This document shows positions 1 to 10,393 of a DNA stretch of 64,000 bases, in pieces; positions within the stretch are counted from its first letter, which is position 1; every line of letters starts with the position of its first letter. The stretch is taken from NCBI GenBank assembly GCA_027492205.1, contig JAOZFN010000005.1:1-64000 (forward strand). The letters are read 5' to 3'. A program made the position numbers and the translations under genes. The stretch is from Thermoproteota archaeon (GTDB taxonomy: Archaea; Korarchaeota; Korarchaeia; Korarchaeales; Korarchaeaceae). Under the pieces are notes generated by a model that was not told where the DNA came from, did no database searches, and saw only the letters and a list, made by a program, of their open reading frames with translations.

Positions 1-137
1 AGCAGGGTGGACTTTCCGGCGCCGCTTGCCCCGAGCAGCAGGACGAACTCACCCCTCCTGATCTCGAGGCTGACCCCCCTCAGCGCGGGCGAACCCGAGC
101 CCTCGTACCTGAACCAAACGTCCCTCAGCTCAATCAA
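1..137 (-). CDS. ABC/ECF transporter ATP-binding protein, N-terminal part (runs off window edge)
   Basis: Manual translation from TTG at 137: [45 protein letters not shown], Walker A of EcfA/CbiO type. Confidence 0.85.
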   Translation of the reverse strand, partial: MIELRDVWFRYEGSGSPALRGVSLEIRRGEFVLLLGASGAGKSTL

Positions 138-170
138 GGGCGACCGCCCGGGCCTGCCTTCCCCCAGTTC

Positions 171-183
171 AAAGGTTTTATAA
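171..183 (+). promoter_or_regulatory. Archaeal BRE/TATA promoter in divergent intergenic region
   Basis: AAAGGTTTTATAA upstream of the eS1 gene. Confidence 0.55.
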
Positions 184-229
184 TCGGATGCGCGGCGGGG
201 GTCCCGAAGCTCAGGAGAGGTCGTCGAGA

Positions 230-883
230 ATGCCGAGGAGACGGAGGACTAAGAAGCAGGCAAAGGTCTGGTATGATGTGTACGCGGCAGACATCTTCCC
301 GGGTCAGTGGCTGGGTGAGACCCCGGCGTCGGATCCCTCCTTGCTCATCGGCAGGCGGGTCGAGGTCTCCCTCAGGGACATCACCGGGGACTTCATGCAC
401 GAGAAGTACAAGCTCTGGTTCGTGATCTACAGGGTCGAGGGCACCAAGGCCTTCGCCAAGTTCAACCGGATGGAGCTGAACAGAGACTATCTTAGGTCGA
501 TCGTGCAGAGGAGGACCAGCAGAATCGACATCCAGTCGGAGGGCGTGACGAAGGACGGTCACCTCGTTAGGTACTTCAACATCATAATCACCGCGGTCAG
601 GATAAGGCACAGCCAGCAGTCCGACATCCGGAAGAGGGTCAACTCCTACATGGAGGAACTCATTCCCCAGCTGACGCTCGAGGAGCTGGTCAGGGCGGCC
701 ATTCTTGGGGACAACGTGCCAATATCATCCCAGGTGGCTTCCATCTCGACCAAGATAGCCCCCATCAGGAACGTGGAGCCGAGGAAGATAGTCGTCCTCA
801 GCTACGGAGAGGGGGAGCCCGGCATACCCGAGGGGGTTGCCCTCGAGATTGAGAGCAGTTCTCCTGGCGGCGGGGGAGGGTAA
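230..883 (+). CDS. rps3ae: 30S ribosomal protein S3Ae (eS1)
   Basis: [39 protein letters not shown] motifs; ATG at 230 chosen as start. Confidence 0.93.
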   Translation: MPRRRRTKKQAKVWYDVYAADIFPGQWLGETPASDPSLLIGRRVEVSLRDITGDFMHEKYKLWFVIYRVEGTKAFAKFNRMELNRDYLRSIVQRRTSRIDIQSEGVTKDGHLVRYFNIIITAVRIRHSQQSDIRKRVNSYMEELIPQLTLEELVRAAILGDNVPISSQVASISTKIAPIRNVEPRKIVVLSYGEGEPGIPEGVALEIESSSPGGGGG

Positions 884-1958
884 GCGGCTCAGGCCCGTGA
901 CCTTCGATAGGCCAAAGCCAGTTATTCCCCTGGCCGGATTCTCTCTCGCCCATTACCATCTCTCGCTCCTCTCCTCACTTGGAGTCGATGAGGTAGCGGT
1001 CGTCGTCGGCTTCGGGGAGGAAAAGGTCAAGGCCGCGCTCGGGAATGGCCGTGAGTTGGGATTGGAGATCACTTATCTGAAGCAGGATCGCCAGTTGGGA
1101 ACTGCCCACGCCCTGATGGTGGCTGAGCAGTGGTTAGAGGGATCGGAGCCTTTTCTCCTTATCTATTCAGATGTCTACATACCGCCCAACACTCCCAAGG
1201 CCCTCCTATCCGCCGTCGAAGGGGAGGGGGCCGAGGCGGCCGTCGCGGTGGCGTCGGTGGAGACGCCATGGGAGTTCGGTGTGGTGGAGGCCGACCCTCG
1301 CGGTCGCCTGCGAAGGATAGTCGAGAAGCCTAGGAGGGGTGAGGAGCCCTCCAACTTGGTTATCGCGGGCGCCTTTGCATTCAAGCGATCGATCTTCGAC
1401 GAGCTGAAAAGCACCAAGCCGTCCCCCAGGGGGGAGCTTGAGCTGACCGACTCCATCACCATGCTGGCCTCGAGGTCAGATGTCCTGCTGGTGGGGGTGG
1501 GCGACCGTTGGACGGACGCCGGTAGGCCAGGAGATCTCCTCAGGGCCTCTTCATATCTTCTGGACGACGTCGCCGGGTCGAAGCTTCCCCAGACGCTGCT
1601 GAAACTCGTGAGCGGTAGGTTCTACCTGAGGAAGTCCACAGAGGGGGGCGCGGAGATCAGACCCCCCGCCTTCGTCGGGGCGAACGCCATCTTGGAGGAG
1701 GGTTCCGTCCTCGGACCCTACGCCATCCTTGAGGGCTTCAACAGCGTTGGTTCGAGGTCCTCCGTCGAGCATTCCCTTCTGCTCAGCGGCTCGTCGGTCG
1801 GGGCGGGGTCGCGCGTCAAGAGGGCGATCCTCTGCTCGAACTCTTCACTCCCCCCGGAGACCAGGACTGTCTCGGAAGACGGAGGATTCTCTGTGGTCGT
1901 GGGACCGGGTCGCAAGCTTAAGGAGAAGAATCCGCCCGCCGGGACCGTCGTGTGGTGA
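837..1958 (+). CDS. Sugar-phosphate nucleotidyltransferase (GlmU/RmlA-like) with C-terminal beta-helix
   Basis: [34 protein letters not shown]; hexapeptide-like C-terminus. Confidence 0.88.
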   Translation: MPSRLRAVLLAAGEGKRLRPVTFDRPKPVIPLAGFSLAHYHLSLLSSLGVDEVAVVVGFGEEKVKAALGNGRELGLEITYLKQDRQLGTAHALMVAEQWLEGSEPFLLIYSDVYIPPNTPKALLSAVEGEGAEAAVAVASVETPWEFGVVEADPRGRLRRIVEKPRRGEEPSNLVIAGAFAFKRSIFDELKSTKPSPRGELELTDSITMLASRSDVLLVGVGDRWTDAGRPGDLLRASSYLLDDVAGSKLPQTLLKLVSGRFYLRKSTEGGAEIRPPAFVGANAILEEGSVLGPYAILEGFNSVGSRSSVEHSLLLSGSSVGAGSRVKRAILCSNSSLPPETRTVSEDGGFSVVVGPGRKLKEKNPPAGTVVW

Positions 1959-1961
1959 CGG

Positions 1962-3158
1962 TCACCTCTTCAGCACGATCTTGATGACATCGCCACTCTT
2001 CAAGACGTAGTCGAGTCCCAGCCGCATCTTCGTCCTAGCGTCAATTCCAAAGGCTGCCTTCTCCCCAATCTCGCTGTGGATCGCGTAGGCCAAGTCCTTA
2101 AGTGTCGACCCCCTCTCCAGGAGCAAGGCGTCTGGTAGCACCCTCCCATCCTTGTCCGTATATCTGCTCTCGTTCTCCACCGGAAACACGACGACCCCCC
2201 CGGCTACTTGGAGGGCCGCCCTGTCGAGCGCCTCTTGAACCCCCGTCCCTCCGAACTTGTCGAGGACCCTCTCCTCGACTAACCTCAACGCGCGCCTCTG
2301 GGCCTCTGTGAGCCTCGCCTCGTCGACGACGATGAACTGCGGGTCTCCTGGCTCGTACCTGATAAGCCCAGCGGACGCCGCCTTCCTGAGGATGAGCTCG
2401 GCCTCGGCAGAAGTCGGGACGACCGCGTCTCCGTACTGCTCTCTGAGTCTCTTCACGTTTTCCTCGGACTCAGGAACGTCCACCTTATTGGCAGCTATGA
2501 GAAAGGGCTTCGAGAGCCTCCTAAGGACTCTGGAAAACTTCACCAGGTCCTCTTCGCCCATGCCATCCAGAGACCTCAGACTGACCCCGGCTGCCTCCGC
2601 AGCCCTTAGGATCTCCCTTCGGCCTATCCCGAGTCCCGAGAGCACCTCTGAGAGCGCCTCGTCGGGCTTCGACCCGGACCTCACCCTCCTGACCACCTTG
2701 TCCAGGTTCTTTCGGATGATGCCAGCTATCCACCTGGCGAACTCCTCCTCAACTATTTCTACGTCCCTGACCGGGTCGTGAGTCCCCGGGGGGACTGGGT
2801 TGCCCTCGTCGTCCGTCCCACCCGAGGCGTCGACCACCAAGATGTTAACCGTGGCCCTCCTGAGGTCGTCGAGGAACTTGTTACCGAGGCCCCTGCCGGC
2901 GTGAGCCCCAACGACGAGACCGGCGACGTCGAGCAGCTTCACCGGCACGTACCTGTACCTCCCATTGCACCAGCCATACTTGGGCTCGCAGCGGACCCCA
3001 AGTTCGGTGCAGACGGATTTCACCCTCACGAATCCCACTCCCTCATTCGGCTCAATCGTGACGAACGGTCTGTTTCCTCTCTCGGCTTCTACGAGCGTTG
3101 CGGCGGAGAAGAAGGTCGTCTTGCCCACGTTGGTCTTTCCGACGACCCCTATGAGCAT
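1962..3158 (-). CDS. ychF: YchF/Obg-family translation-associated ATPase with TGS domain
   Basis: [39 protein letters not shown]-terminal TGS. Confidence 0.92.
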   Translation of the reverse strand: MLIGVVGKTNVGKTTFFSAATLVEAERGNRPFVTIEPNEGVGFVRVKSVCTELGVRCEPKYGWCNGRYRYVPVKLLDVAGLVVGAHAGRGLGNKFLDDLRRATVNILVVDASGGTDDEGNPVPPGTHDPVRDVEIVEEEFARWIAGIIRKNLDKVVRRVRSGSKPDEALSEVLSGLGIGRREILRAAEAAGVSLRSLDGMGEEDLVKFSRVLRRLSKPFLIAANKVDVPESEENVKRLREQYGDAVVPTSAEAELILRKAASAGLIRYEPGDPQFIVVDEARLTEAQRRALRLVEERVLDKFGGTGVQEALDRAALQVAGGVVVFPVENESRYTDKDGRVLPDALLLERGSTLKDLAYAIHSEIGEKAAFGIDARTKMRLGLDYVLKSGDVIKIVLKR

Positions 3159-3234
3159 CCCGACACCCCGCTCGTCAAGGTTTAAAACCCCAGCAGTGGT
3201 CGCCTCCGACGAGGAATAGAAAGGGGGTTCTGGC

Positions 3235-3813
3235 TTGGCGAGGTACTACGAGACCTACCTGTGGCGCAGAAGGAAGGAGCTTCCCGAGCTCGTTGAGTTC
3301 TGGCGGATCAGGCTTGCTGAGTGGAGGAGGCAGCCCGCGGTTGTCAGGGTCGAGAGGCCCACTCGCCCCGACAGGGCTAGGGAGCTCGGCTATCGAGCGA
3401 AGCAAGGGTTCGTCATAGCGAGGGTCAGGGTCAGGAAGGGCGGCAGGAGGAGGCCTAGGCCGAGAGCGGGCCGCAAGCAGGCCGGGATGGGCGTGCTCAA
3501 GCTCACCCCGGGGAAGAGCATACGATGGATAGCCGAGGAGAGGGCGGCCCGGAAGTTCCCTAACTTGGAGGTCCTCAACTCCTACTATGTCGCCGAGGAC
3601 GGCAGGTACAAGTGGTACGAGGTCATCCTAGTCGACCCGCACCACCCGGCCATCAAGAGCGATCCTAGGATCAACTGGATCCTCAATCCGGCCAACAAGA
3701 GGAGGGTCTTTCGCGGCCTCACAAGCGCGGGCAAGAAGGCTAGGGGACTCAGAAAGTTCAGGGGTATTCCCCCGATCGTGAAGCGATTTAAGAGGAAGAG
3801 GAAGGAGGACTGA
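3235..3813 (+). CDS. rpl15e: 50S ribosomal protein L15e
   Basis: [47 protein letters not shown]. Confidence 0.97.
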   Translation: MARYYETYLWRRRKELPELVEFWRIRLAEWRRQPAVVRVERPTRPDRARELGYRAKQGFVIARVRVRKGGRRRPRPRAGRKQAGMGVLKLTPGKSIRWIAEERAARKFPNLEVLNSYYVAEDGRYKWYEVILVDPHHPAIKSDPRINWILNPANKRRVFRGLTSAGKKARGLRKFRGIPPIVKRFKRKRKED

Positions 3814-3828
3814 AGGGGATTTTGGCAG

Positions 3829-4290
3829 TTGTCCTCCACTGGGCGGGGGATTCGCGTCTCCAGACTCACGCTCAGAACGTTCAGATACCCCACTGAGGAT
3901 AGGGAGACCGTGGAGGCCGCCCTCCTGAACCTTCTGCCCGAGGAGTTGAGGGGAGAGGCTCCGCTCTCCGCCACTAGGCTCAAGAGTGCGCACAAGTTCA
4001 CGTTCGAGGAACTTCGCCTGGATCTCAGGGGGAGGGCAGCCCACCGGACGTTGGTCAGGATACTGGCGGGGCTAAGCGAACCGGACAGGAGGGACCTCGC
4101 CCTCTCGCTCGCAAAGCGGGTCGAGGGTGGGAAACTCTACCTCCGACTGGACAAGCAGGAACTCGTCGAAGGAGTGATAAAGCTGTACAGGGGCGGATTG
4201 GGTGGACACGTTCACCTGGTTGCCAACTTCCAGGGTCCGGTGCCTCAAGAGGCCATCCTCTCGATCCTCGGGAGGGGTGAGTCGAGTTGA
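3829..4290 (+). CDS. Exosome-superoperon RNA-binding protein (COG1325-like)
   Basis: TEDRETVEAAL and LYLRLDKQ motifs; conserved position between L15e and Rpp30. Confidence 0.75.
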   Translation: MSSTGRGIRVSRLTLRTFRYPTEDRETVEAALLNLLPEELRGEAPLSATRLKSAHKFTFEELRLDLRGRAAHRTLVRILAGLSEPDRRDLALSLAKRVEGGKLYLRLDKQELVEGVIKLYRGGLGGHVHLVANFQGPVPQEAILSILGRGESS

Positions 4291-4988
4291 GGAGCTTCGT
4301 CTATCTCAAGCTGAGGGCTGATCCCAAGGCGCAGGAGATCGTGACAACGCTGAATGAGCTGAGGAGGCTGGGATACCGGGCTGTAGTCGTAGACATCCCC
4401 CCGGAGATGTGGTCTCCAGAAGTTAGGGACGAGGTAAGGGCCCTTAGCCTCCATAACCTGCGCGTGTACGCATCCGTCGAGGTTGACGCCGAGTCGGACC
4501 CGGATTGGAGATCGACGCTGGCCCGGGTCAGACCGATCCCGGACTACCTGTCCGTGAAGGTTGCCAGGCTGGCTGACGCCCGGGCGGCGAGTCTAATAAA
4601 GTCTGTCGACTCCGTAGTCCTCTCGCCGAGCTGCGAGGAGGTCTTTTGGGACTTAGTCTCGGCCCGAGAGGCGGCTAGGACCCGTAAGGTGGTCGAGGTT
4701 CCCTTGTCCCCCATTCTGAACCAACTCGGGTCGCTCCGCCTCGACTACAGAAGGATTCGGAGGATGAAGATCATGCTGCGGGTCTCAAAGCGCGCAGGGC
4801 TCCCAATCGTTGCGTCAGACCCGTCCCTCGGGCGCCCCATCCAGCCCAGCCTCGCAGCCTCGGCGCTAACGTCCCTTCTCTCCGTCGGCTGGGAGGAGTC
4901 CCTCGACTCGCTGAGCGCGCATCCCAGCGCCATCCTCTCTGGAGAGAGGAGGCTATTCCTGAGGGGGTATGATCAGGTTGAGGATTAA
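4287..4988 (+). CDS. RNase P protein Rpp30
   Basis: PHP/TIM-barrel-like size and superoperon position; divergent sequence. Confidence 0.65.
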   Translation: MRSFVYLKLRADPKAQEIVTTLNELRRLGYRAVVVDIPPEMWSPEVRDEVRALSLHNLRVYASVEVDAESDPDWRSTLARVRPIPDYLSVKVARLADARAASLIKSVDSVVLSPSCEEVFWDLVSAREAARTRKVVEVPLSPILNQLGSLRLDYRRIRRMKIMLRVSKRAGLPIVASDPSLGRPIQPSLAASALTSLLSVGWEESLDSLSAHPSAILSGERRLFLRGYDQVED

Positions 4989-5337
4989 GCTTCCGAGAGG
5001 GGTCGTAGGGCGGAGGAGGTACGTGGCATTTACCATCGTCCCCTACGGGCCCAAAAACCCTCCTTCTAGGTCAGAGCTAGAGCGGGCCATGTCAGAGGCC
5101 GCCCTCTACTTGTTTGGGGTATTGGGGTCTGCGGACCTAGATTTTTCCATCAAGTTCTACTCTGGCAGATCTGGCAAGGGGGTCTTGAAGACCGACAACA
5201 GGTCCCTCCCATACGCCCTAACCATCCTAATGACTGCGGCCGCTGCTGTGGGCCCCTTCACTCTCGAGGTCGACGGGGTGTCGGGGACGCTTAGGGGCCT
5301 TGCCAGGAAGTCCTGCTCACCGACCAAAACTCTATAA
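4969..5337 (+). CDS. RNase P protein Pop5/Rpp14
   Basis: RRRYVAF, LFGVLG, GVSGTLR motifs. Confidence 0.85.
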   Translation: MIRLRIKLPRGVVGRRRYVAFTIVPYGPKNPPSRSELERAMSEAALYLFGVLGSADLDFSIKFYSGRSGKGVLKTDNRSLPYALTILMTAAAAVGPFTLEVDGVSGTLRGLARKSCSPTKTL

Positions 5338-5380
5338 TCGAGAAACCATCGAAGCCATTCGAGTTCAGAGGTGGTTTTGA

Positions 5381-6121
5381 ATGTTCCCCCAAATGGCCAG
5401 CGGATATGACCGCGCAATCACCGTGTTCAGCCCTGACGGCAGGCTACTCCAGGTCGAGTACGCTCTGGCAGCCACGAAGAGGACGCCCTTGGCTATAGGA
5501 ATCAAGAGCGCGGGGGGGGTCGTCTTGGTTGCCAGCAGGAGGCCGACCTCCCCGCTCGCCAGTCCACCCGAGAAGATCTACAAGATCGACGAGCACGTAG
5601 GCGCTATAGCCGCCGGACTCATTGGAGACGGCCTCGTGTTGGTGGACAGGAGTCGGGTTGAGGCTCAGTATCACAGGCTCATATACGGTGAGCCCATCGT
5701 CGTCAGGAATCTCGCCAAGCGGGTGGCCCTCTTCAAGCAGCAATTCACACAGTACGCAGGCCTCAGGCCCTTCGGCGTGATAATGATATACGGAGGCGTC
5801 GACCAGCAGCCCGAGCTGTTTGTCACCCACCCGGGGGGCGCCTACTACTCATACTCCGCCTTCGCCGTGGGCAGGAATTCGGAGAAGGTGAACGAGTTCC
5901 TGAAGGAGAATTACAAGTACGATCTGGGCCTGAAGGAGACTATCTTCTTGGTCTTCAGAGCCATAACTGAGGCTTCCGAGACCAAGGAGGAACTGAAGCC
6001 GGAGAACCTCGAGATAGCCGTGATCCCGGCCGAAGAAAAGAAGTTCAAGACGCTCTCCCACGATGAGGTTAGCGCCCTACTCGAGGAGTGGGGCGGCCCA
6101 GAGGAGGGGGCCCAGGCTTAA
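5381..6121 (+). CDS. psmA: Proteasome alpha subunit
   Basis: YDRAITVFSPDGRLLQVEYA signature. Confidence 0.97.
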   Translation: MFPQMASGYDRAITVFSPDGRLLQVEYALAATKRTPLAIGIKSAGGVVLVASRRPTSPLASPPEKIYKIDEHVGAIAAGLIGDGLVLVDRSRVEAQYHRLIYGEPIVVRNLAKRVALFKQQFTQYAGLRPFGVIMIYGGVDQQPELFVTHPGGAYYSYSAFAVGRNSEKVNEFLKENYKYDLGLKETIFLVFRAITEASETKEELKPENLEIAVIPAEEKKFKTLSHDEVSALLEEWGGPEEGAQA

Positions 6122-6157
6122 ACGAATCCCCTGTCCAGAACTCGGGGGTGCGCTGAG

Positions 6158-6847
6158 TTGCCGGAGACGGTGTTGGCTCGTCTGAACAGGGCCGGGATGA
6201 GGTTTGAGATATTTGTGTACGCCGAACCGGCCTATGAGTTTAGGGAGGGCAAGAGGAAGTCGCTGGAGGGGGTTCTTGCCGTTGAGCAGATTTTCACGGA
6301 CGCCAGAAAGTCCCTGAAGGCATCTACCCAGGACCTGAAGAAGGCGTTCGGGACCGACGACGTCTACAAGATAGCCGAGGTGATACTGAAGGAGGGGGAC
6401 GTTCAGCTCACAGCCGAGTACAGGAAGAAGCTGAAGGAGGAGAGGCTCAGGTGGATAGTCAACTACATTCACAAGAACTTCGTGGATCCGAAGACTGGAC
6501 TTCCACACCCGCCCTCCAGGATAGAGAAGGCCCTATCCGAGGCGAAGGTTAAGATAGACCCCCTCCGCGAGCCTGAGGCTCAAATAAAGGAGGTGGTGGA
6601 GTCTCTACGCAAGGTCCTCCCGCTGAAGTCGGGGGCCGCGGTCATGGAGATCGTCGTCCCCTCGACATCGTATGGAAGGCTTCGCTCGCTCCTCTCTGGC
6701 CAGGGAGACGTTCTGAGCGAGGATTGGAGCAAAGACGGGACGACCGTCAAGATAACCCTTCGCGCGCCGCTTGGCTCTCAGGTTCTTATACTGGAGAAGG
6801 TGGGGCAGGCCGGTGGAGAGGTTAAGGTCATCAGAGAAGAGGGGTAA
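6158..6847 (+). CDS. Ribosome assembly factor SBDS
   Basis: RFEI, AFGTDD, GDVQLTAEYR, DPKTGLPHPPSRIE. Confidence 0.95.
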   Translation: MPETVLARLNRAGMRFEIFVYAEPAYEFREGKRKSLEGVLAVEQIFTDARKSLKASTQDLKKAFGTDDVYKIAEVILKEGDVQLTAEYRKKLKEERLRWIVNYIHKNFVDPKTGLPHPPSRIEKALSEAKVKIDPLREPEAQIKEVVESLRKVLPLKSGAAVMEIVVPSTSYGRLRSLLSGQGDVLSEDWSKDGTTVKITLRAPLGSQVLILEKVGQAGGEVKVIREEG

Positions 6848-6851
6848 AGCC

Positions 6852-7580
6852 TTGAAGTTGGGGCGTAACGAGCCGAAGATTCTGGTCGCGAACAGGGATT
6901 TGGTCCTCCCGGGTCAGCCCCTAGCCGTCGGCCCCATTAGGCCAGGAGATTACGTCTACGTGGACAAGAGAGGAGTCCTCAGGTCCACAAAGGTCGGGCT
7001 GGCGGACATAAGGGAGGGGGAGATAAGGGTCGTCCCGCTCGCGGGGAGCTACATTCCGAGAGAGGGAGATTTGGTGGTAGGGACGGTGAGCAAGGTGGCT
7101 GGCAACACGATCTTGGTGAACATAAACTCCGCGTATCCCGGTGTGATAATCCCCCCAAGGGGGCTGAGGGGGCGAGCCAGAGCCAAGTACAACCTCTCAC
7201 CGGGGGACCTAGTGCTGGCCAAGATCAAGGCCTTCGATGGAGTGTCCGCCCCCCTCCTGTCAATTGAGGGGGAGGGCCTGGGCAAGCTGGTTGGGGGCCG
7301 TGTCTACATGATCAACCCGACGAGGGTCCCGAGAGTCATAGGAAAGCGTCAGTCCATGCTCATGCTGCTGAAGAGCAAGCTCGGACCTGAAATCGTCGTC
7401 GGCCAGAATGGGGTGATCTGGTACAATCCCAAGTCACTTAAGCACGCGCTCCTCATGGAACAGGTTCTCGCGAAGATAGAGAGGGAGTCTCACGTCTCCG
7501 GCCTGAGCGACAGGGTCCTCAGGCTGATCGAGAGTTCCGGCATTTTAGACCCTCGGGGGTCAGAGGCTGGGGAGGTGTAG
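6852..7580 (+). CDS. rrp4: Exosome RNA-binding subunit Rrp4
   Basis: VLPGQ, YIPREGDLVVG, RVPRVIGK, IVVGQNGVIW; TTG at 6852 chosen as start. Confidence 0.93.
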   Translation: MKLGRNEPKILVANRDLVLPGQPLAVGPIRPGDYVYVDKRGVLRSTKVGLADIREGEIRVVPLAGSYIPREGDLVVGTVSKVAGNTILVNINSAYPGVIIPPRGLRGRARAKYNLSPGDLVLAKIKAFDGVSAPLLSIEGEGLGKLVGGRVYMINPTRVPRVIGKRQSMLMLLKSKLGPEIVVGQNGVIWYNPKSLKHALLMEQVLAKIERESHVSGLSDRVLRLIESSGILDPRGSEAGEV

Positions 7581-7585
7581 AGGAT

Positions 7586-8344
7586 TTGCCGCTTATCGTC
7601 GAGAAAAAGCCGGAGGTCCTCATAACCGAGGACGGTATCAGGACCGATGGGAGGGGGCCCCTGGACCTCCGTCCCATTAAGATTCAGGTTGGCGTGTTGA
7701 GCCGGGCGGACGGCTCTGCGTACCTCGAGTGGGGAGGGAATCGCGTGCTCGCCGCCGTCTTCGGGCCAAGGGAGGTTCACCCAAAGCACATGGCCCTCCC
7801 AGATAGGGCCTTACTGAGGTGCAGATACAACATGGCCCCCTTCTCTACTCCGGAGAGAAAGAGACCGGGTCCGGACAGGCGGAGCGTGGAACTCTCAAAG
7901 GTGATTCGAGAGGCCCTCTTACCTTCCATCTTTTTGGAGAGATATCCGGGAACGGCTATAGACGTGTTCGTTGAGATTCTGAGGTCCGACGCGGGGACGA
8001 GGGTAGCGGGCGTAACGGCGGCCTCTTTGGCCCTGGCGGATGCCGGGATAGAGATGAGGGGCCTGGTGACAGCGGTCGCAGTTGGCCGCGTCGAGGACTG
8101 GGTAGTAGTAGACCCCAACCACGATGAGGATCAGTGGGGCGACGCGGATATCCCTGTGGCCTTTCTGATGGAGGAGAAGGAGATTACCCTCCTCCAGCTG
8201 GACGGGCCGATGACGCAGGAGCAGTTCGACAAGGCCCTTGAGCTCGCATCTCAGGCCGCTGATCTGATCTACGAGGTCCAAAAGGAGGCTCTAAGGAGGC
8301 CATACGAGGCCGTGAGGCTGGAGATCTTGAGGAGGGGTGAGTGA
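7586..8344 (+). CDS. rrp41: Exosome core subunit Rrp41
   Basis: RTDGR, ADGSAYLEWG, YNMAPFST.ERKRPGPDRRSVE, DAGTR. Confidence 0.97.
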   Translation: MPLIVEKKPEVLITEDGIRTDGRGPLDLRPIKIQVGVLSRADGSAYLEWGGNRVLAAVFGPREVHPKHMALPDRALLRCRYNMAPFSTPERKRPGPDRRSVELSKVIREALLPSIFLERYPGTAIDVFVEILRSDAGTRVAGVTAASLALADAGIEMRGLVTAVAVGRVEDWVVVDPNHDEDQWGDADIPVAFLMEEKEITLLQLDGPMTQEQFDKALELASQAADLIYEVQKEALRRPYEAVRLEILRRGE

Positions 8345-9159
8345 GAGTGCTCGACGAGAGGATAACTGCCGAGCTGGTAGGCGACTACATCAGGGAGCTG
8401 GCCGCCAGCGGCCAGAGAAAGGACGGGCGAGCCTTTGACGAGGTCCGAGAGATCAAGATCAGGCCAGGTACCTTCACCAAGGCGGAGGGCGAGGCTTGGG
8501 TCTCCTTGGGCGCCACGCAGGTGCTCGTTGGCGTCAAGGCTGACGTTGGTACCCCATTCCCGGACACCCCAGACAAGGGGGTCCTGATCTCCAACGTCGA
8601 ACTGCTCCCGCTGGCCTCGCCCACGTTCGAACCGGGGCCGCCCGACGAGAACGCCATCGAGATGGCCAGAGTCGTGGACAGGGCCCTGAGGGGATCGAAC
8701 GCCATCGACATGGAGGCCCTCGCGATAAAGTCAGGAGAGCTGGTTTACATGATCTTCTTGGACATGTACGCCCTCGACCACGACGGGAACATAATCGACG
8801 CCTTCGCGCTGGGCTCGCTGGTCGCTCTCTCCAGAACGAGGATACCGGTGGTGGAGGTGACCGAGGACGGAGAGATGATCGTGAAGGAGGAGACGTTTGA
8901 CCTCCCAATCAGAGACCTCCCGATAACCTTCACCTTCATCAAGATTGGCGATGCCCTGATGCTCGACCCCACGCTCGAGGAGGAACTCGTCTCGGACGCC
9001 GCCATAACCATATCAATCGACTCCTCAGGAAGGGTCTGTTCAATCCAGAAGAGGCACGGCTCCTTCAGGGTAGATGAGATTAAAAGGGCGGTGTCGATAG
9101 CGCGCTCCAAGTACTCAGAGGTGGAGAGGATACTCAGGGAGCAGGGAGGGTTGGTCTGA
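8341..9159 (+). CDS. rrp42: Exosome core subunit Rrp42
   Basis: RKDGR, PFPDTPDKG, FEPGPPDENAIE, DHDGN. Confidence 0.97.
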   Translation: MRVLDERITAELVGDYIRELAASGQRKDGRAFDEVREIKIRPGTFTKAEGEAWVSLGATQVLVGVKADVGTPFPDTPDKGVLISNVELLPLASPTFEPGPPDENAIEMARVVDRALRGSNAIDMEALAIKSGELVYMIFLDMYALDHDGNIIDAFALGSLVALSRTRIPVVEVTEDGEMIVKEETFDLPIRDLPITFTFIKIGDALMLDPTLEEELVSDAAITISIDSSGRVCSIQKRHGSFRVDEIKRAVSIARSKYSEVERILREQGGLV

Positions 9160-9160
9160 G

Positions 9161-9421
9161 GTGCCCAAGAGACCCCCTATGGCGAAGCTGAGGACGCCCA
9201 GGTACGGATTGAGGATTAGGCGGCAGTACGAGGCGGTCTTGGCCAAGAGCAAGGCCACGTACAAGTGCCCCAGGTGCGGGGCCGAGGCCCTGCGTAGGAT
9301 CAGGCTGGGGATTTGGAAGTGCAAGAAGTGCGGGTTTGAGTTCGCCGGAGGCGCGTGGGAGCCGAGGACTTCGGTGTCCACGACAGCTGAGGCCGGGCTT
9401 GCTAGGGTGACTGGACGCTGA
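9161..9421 (+). CDS. rpl37ae: 50S ribosomal protein L37Ae (eL43)
   Basis: RYG..IRR, CPRC, GIWKCKKC, FAGGAW. Confidence 0.95.
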   Translation: MPKRPPMAKLRTPRYGLRIRRQYEAVLAKSKATYKCPRCGAEALRRIRLGIWKCKKCGFEFAGGAWEPRTSVSTTAEAGLARVTGR

Positions 9422-9433
9422 GGCGGGTCCCTC

Positions 9434-9997
9434 TTGATCCTAATCACGACCTCTAGGGACCCCTCTCAGAGAACTCGGACGTTCATTCGAGACCTCTCTC
9501 ACGTGATACCCAGGGCTGTCCGAGTGAACCGCGGCAAAAAGAGCCTCGACGACCTCAGGTTGGAGGCCCTAAGGCAGGGACTCAGTAGGGTGCTCGTGGT
9601 CACCGAGAGGAAGGGGAACCCGGGCGGACTGAGGTTCTACGAGGCGTCGGTTGCCGCAATCAGGCCGACCGCAGCCCACATCCTGCTGGAGGGGGTGACC
9701 CTTAGGAGGGAGCTGTTCGGCAAGAAGCCTGAGAGAGTCCCCAGGGTTCTGGACCTCGCGATTGCCTACCAGGAGGGTGAAGAACACAGCGAATACGCCT
9801 CAGCCCTCGCGTCAGGGATGGGGGTGGATGCTGTCGCCGCGGCGAATGAGGAGAGAGATCTCCCAGACTCGGATGTCGTCCTTTGGATCAGGAGGATTAA
9901 TTCCCGCCCCACCGCGAGCTTCTACGTGACCGGGGCGAGGGGGTCGAGGGAAGTCGGTCCCAGACTCTTCCTCCGCGCGGTCGTGAGGTCCGGGTGA
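9434..9997 (+). CDS. Brix-domain ribosome biogenesis protein
   Basis: ILITTSRDPSQRTRTF, NRGKKSL, KGNPG. Confidence 0.9.
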   Translation: MILITTSRDPSQRTRTFIRDLSHVIPRAVRVNRGKKSLDDLRLEALRQGLSRVLVVTERKGNPGGLRFYEASVAAIRPTAAHILLEGVTLRRELFGKKPERVPRVLDLAIAYQEGEEHSEYASALASGMGVDAVAAANEERDLPDSDVVLWIRRINSRPTASFYVTGARGSREVGPRLFLRAVVRSG

Positions 9998-10001
9998 CGT
10001 T

Positions 10002-10241
10002 ATGGCCGGGAGGTACTCCGCTAAGTTATTCGTGAAAGCGCCTCCTCACGTCGCTGCGCTGATCCTAGAGGTCCTCTCTCCAGACCCCTTCCTGCCCAGA
10101 CCTTCGGTTGAACAGGGCTTACTGACGTTTGTCCTATCCTCTGACTCCCCTAGAAGGCTGCGCGCGGAGCTGAACTCACTTTTGAGGTCCCTGGCCTTAA
10201 TAGAGGATCTCTTGGAGGTGGCTGATCTCCGACCCCCCTAA
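10002..10241 (+). CDS. KEOPS complex subunit Pcc1
   Basis: LSPD, LRAELNSLLR; position after the Brix gene. Confidence 0.75.
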   Translation: MAGRYSAKLFVKAPPHVAALILEVLSPDPFLPRPSVEQGLLTFVLSSDSPRRLRAELNSLLRSLALIEDLLEVADLRPP

Positions 10242-10276
10242 CGTTTATTATTCGCCCGATCCCCGGTCCAACCGCC

Positions 10277-10352
10277 GGGCCGGTGGTCTAGCGGCTATGA
10301 CGCCGCCTTGACGAGGCGGAGGTCGTGGGTTCGAGTCCCACCCGGCCCACCA
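10277..10352 (+). tRNA. tRNA-Val(GAC)
   Basis: Cloverleaf GGGCCGG..CCGCC-TTGACGA-GGCGG..TTCGAGT..CCGGCCC-A-CCA. Confidence 0.96.
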
Positions 10353-10393
10353 TCAGAGGTAACCCTAATCGGGGATCGGGAGGTAACGGGTCC

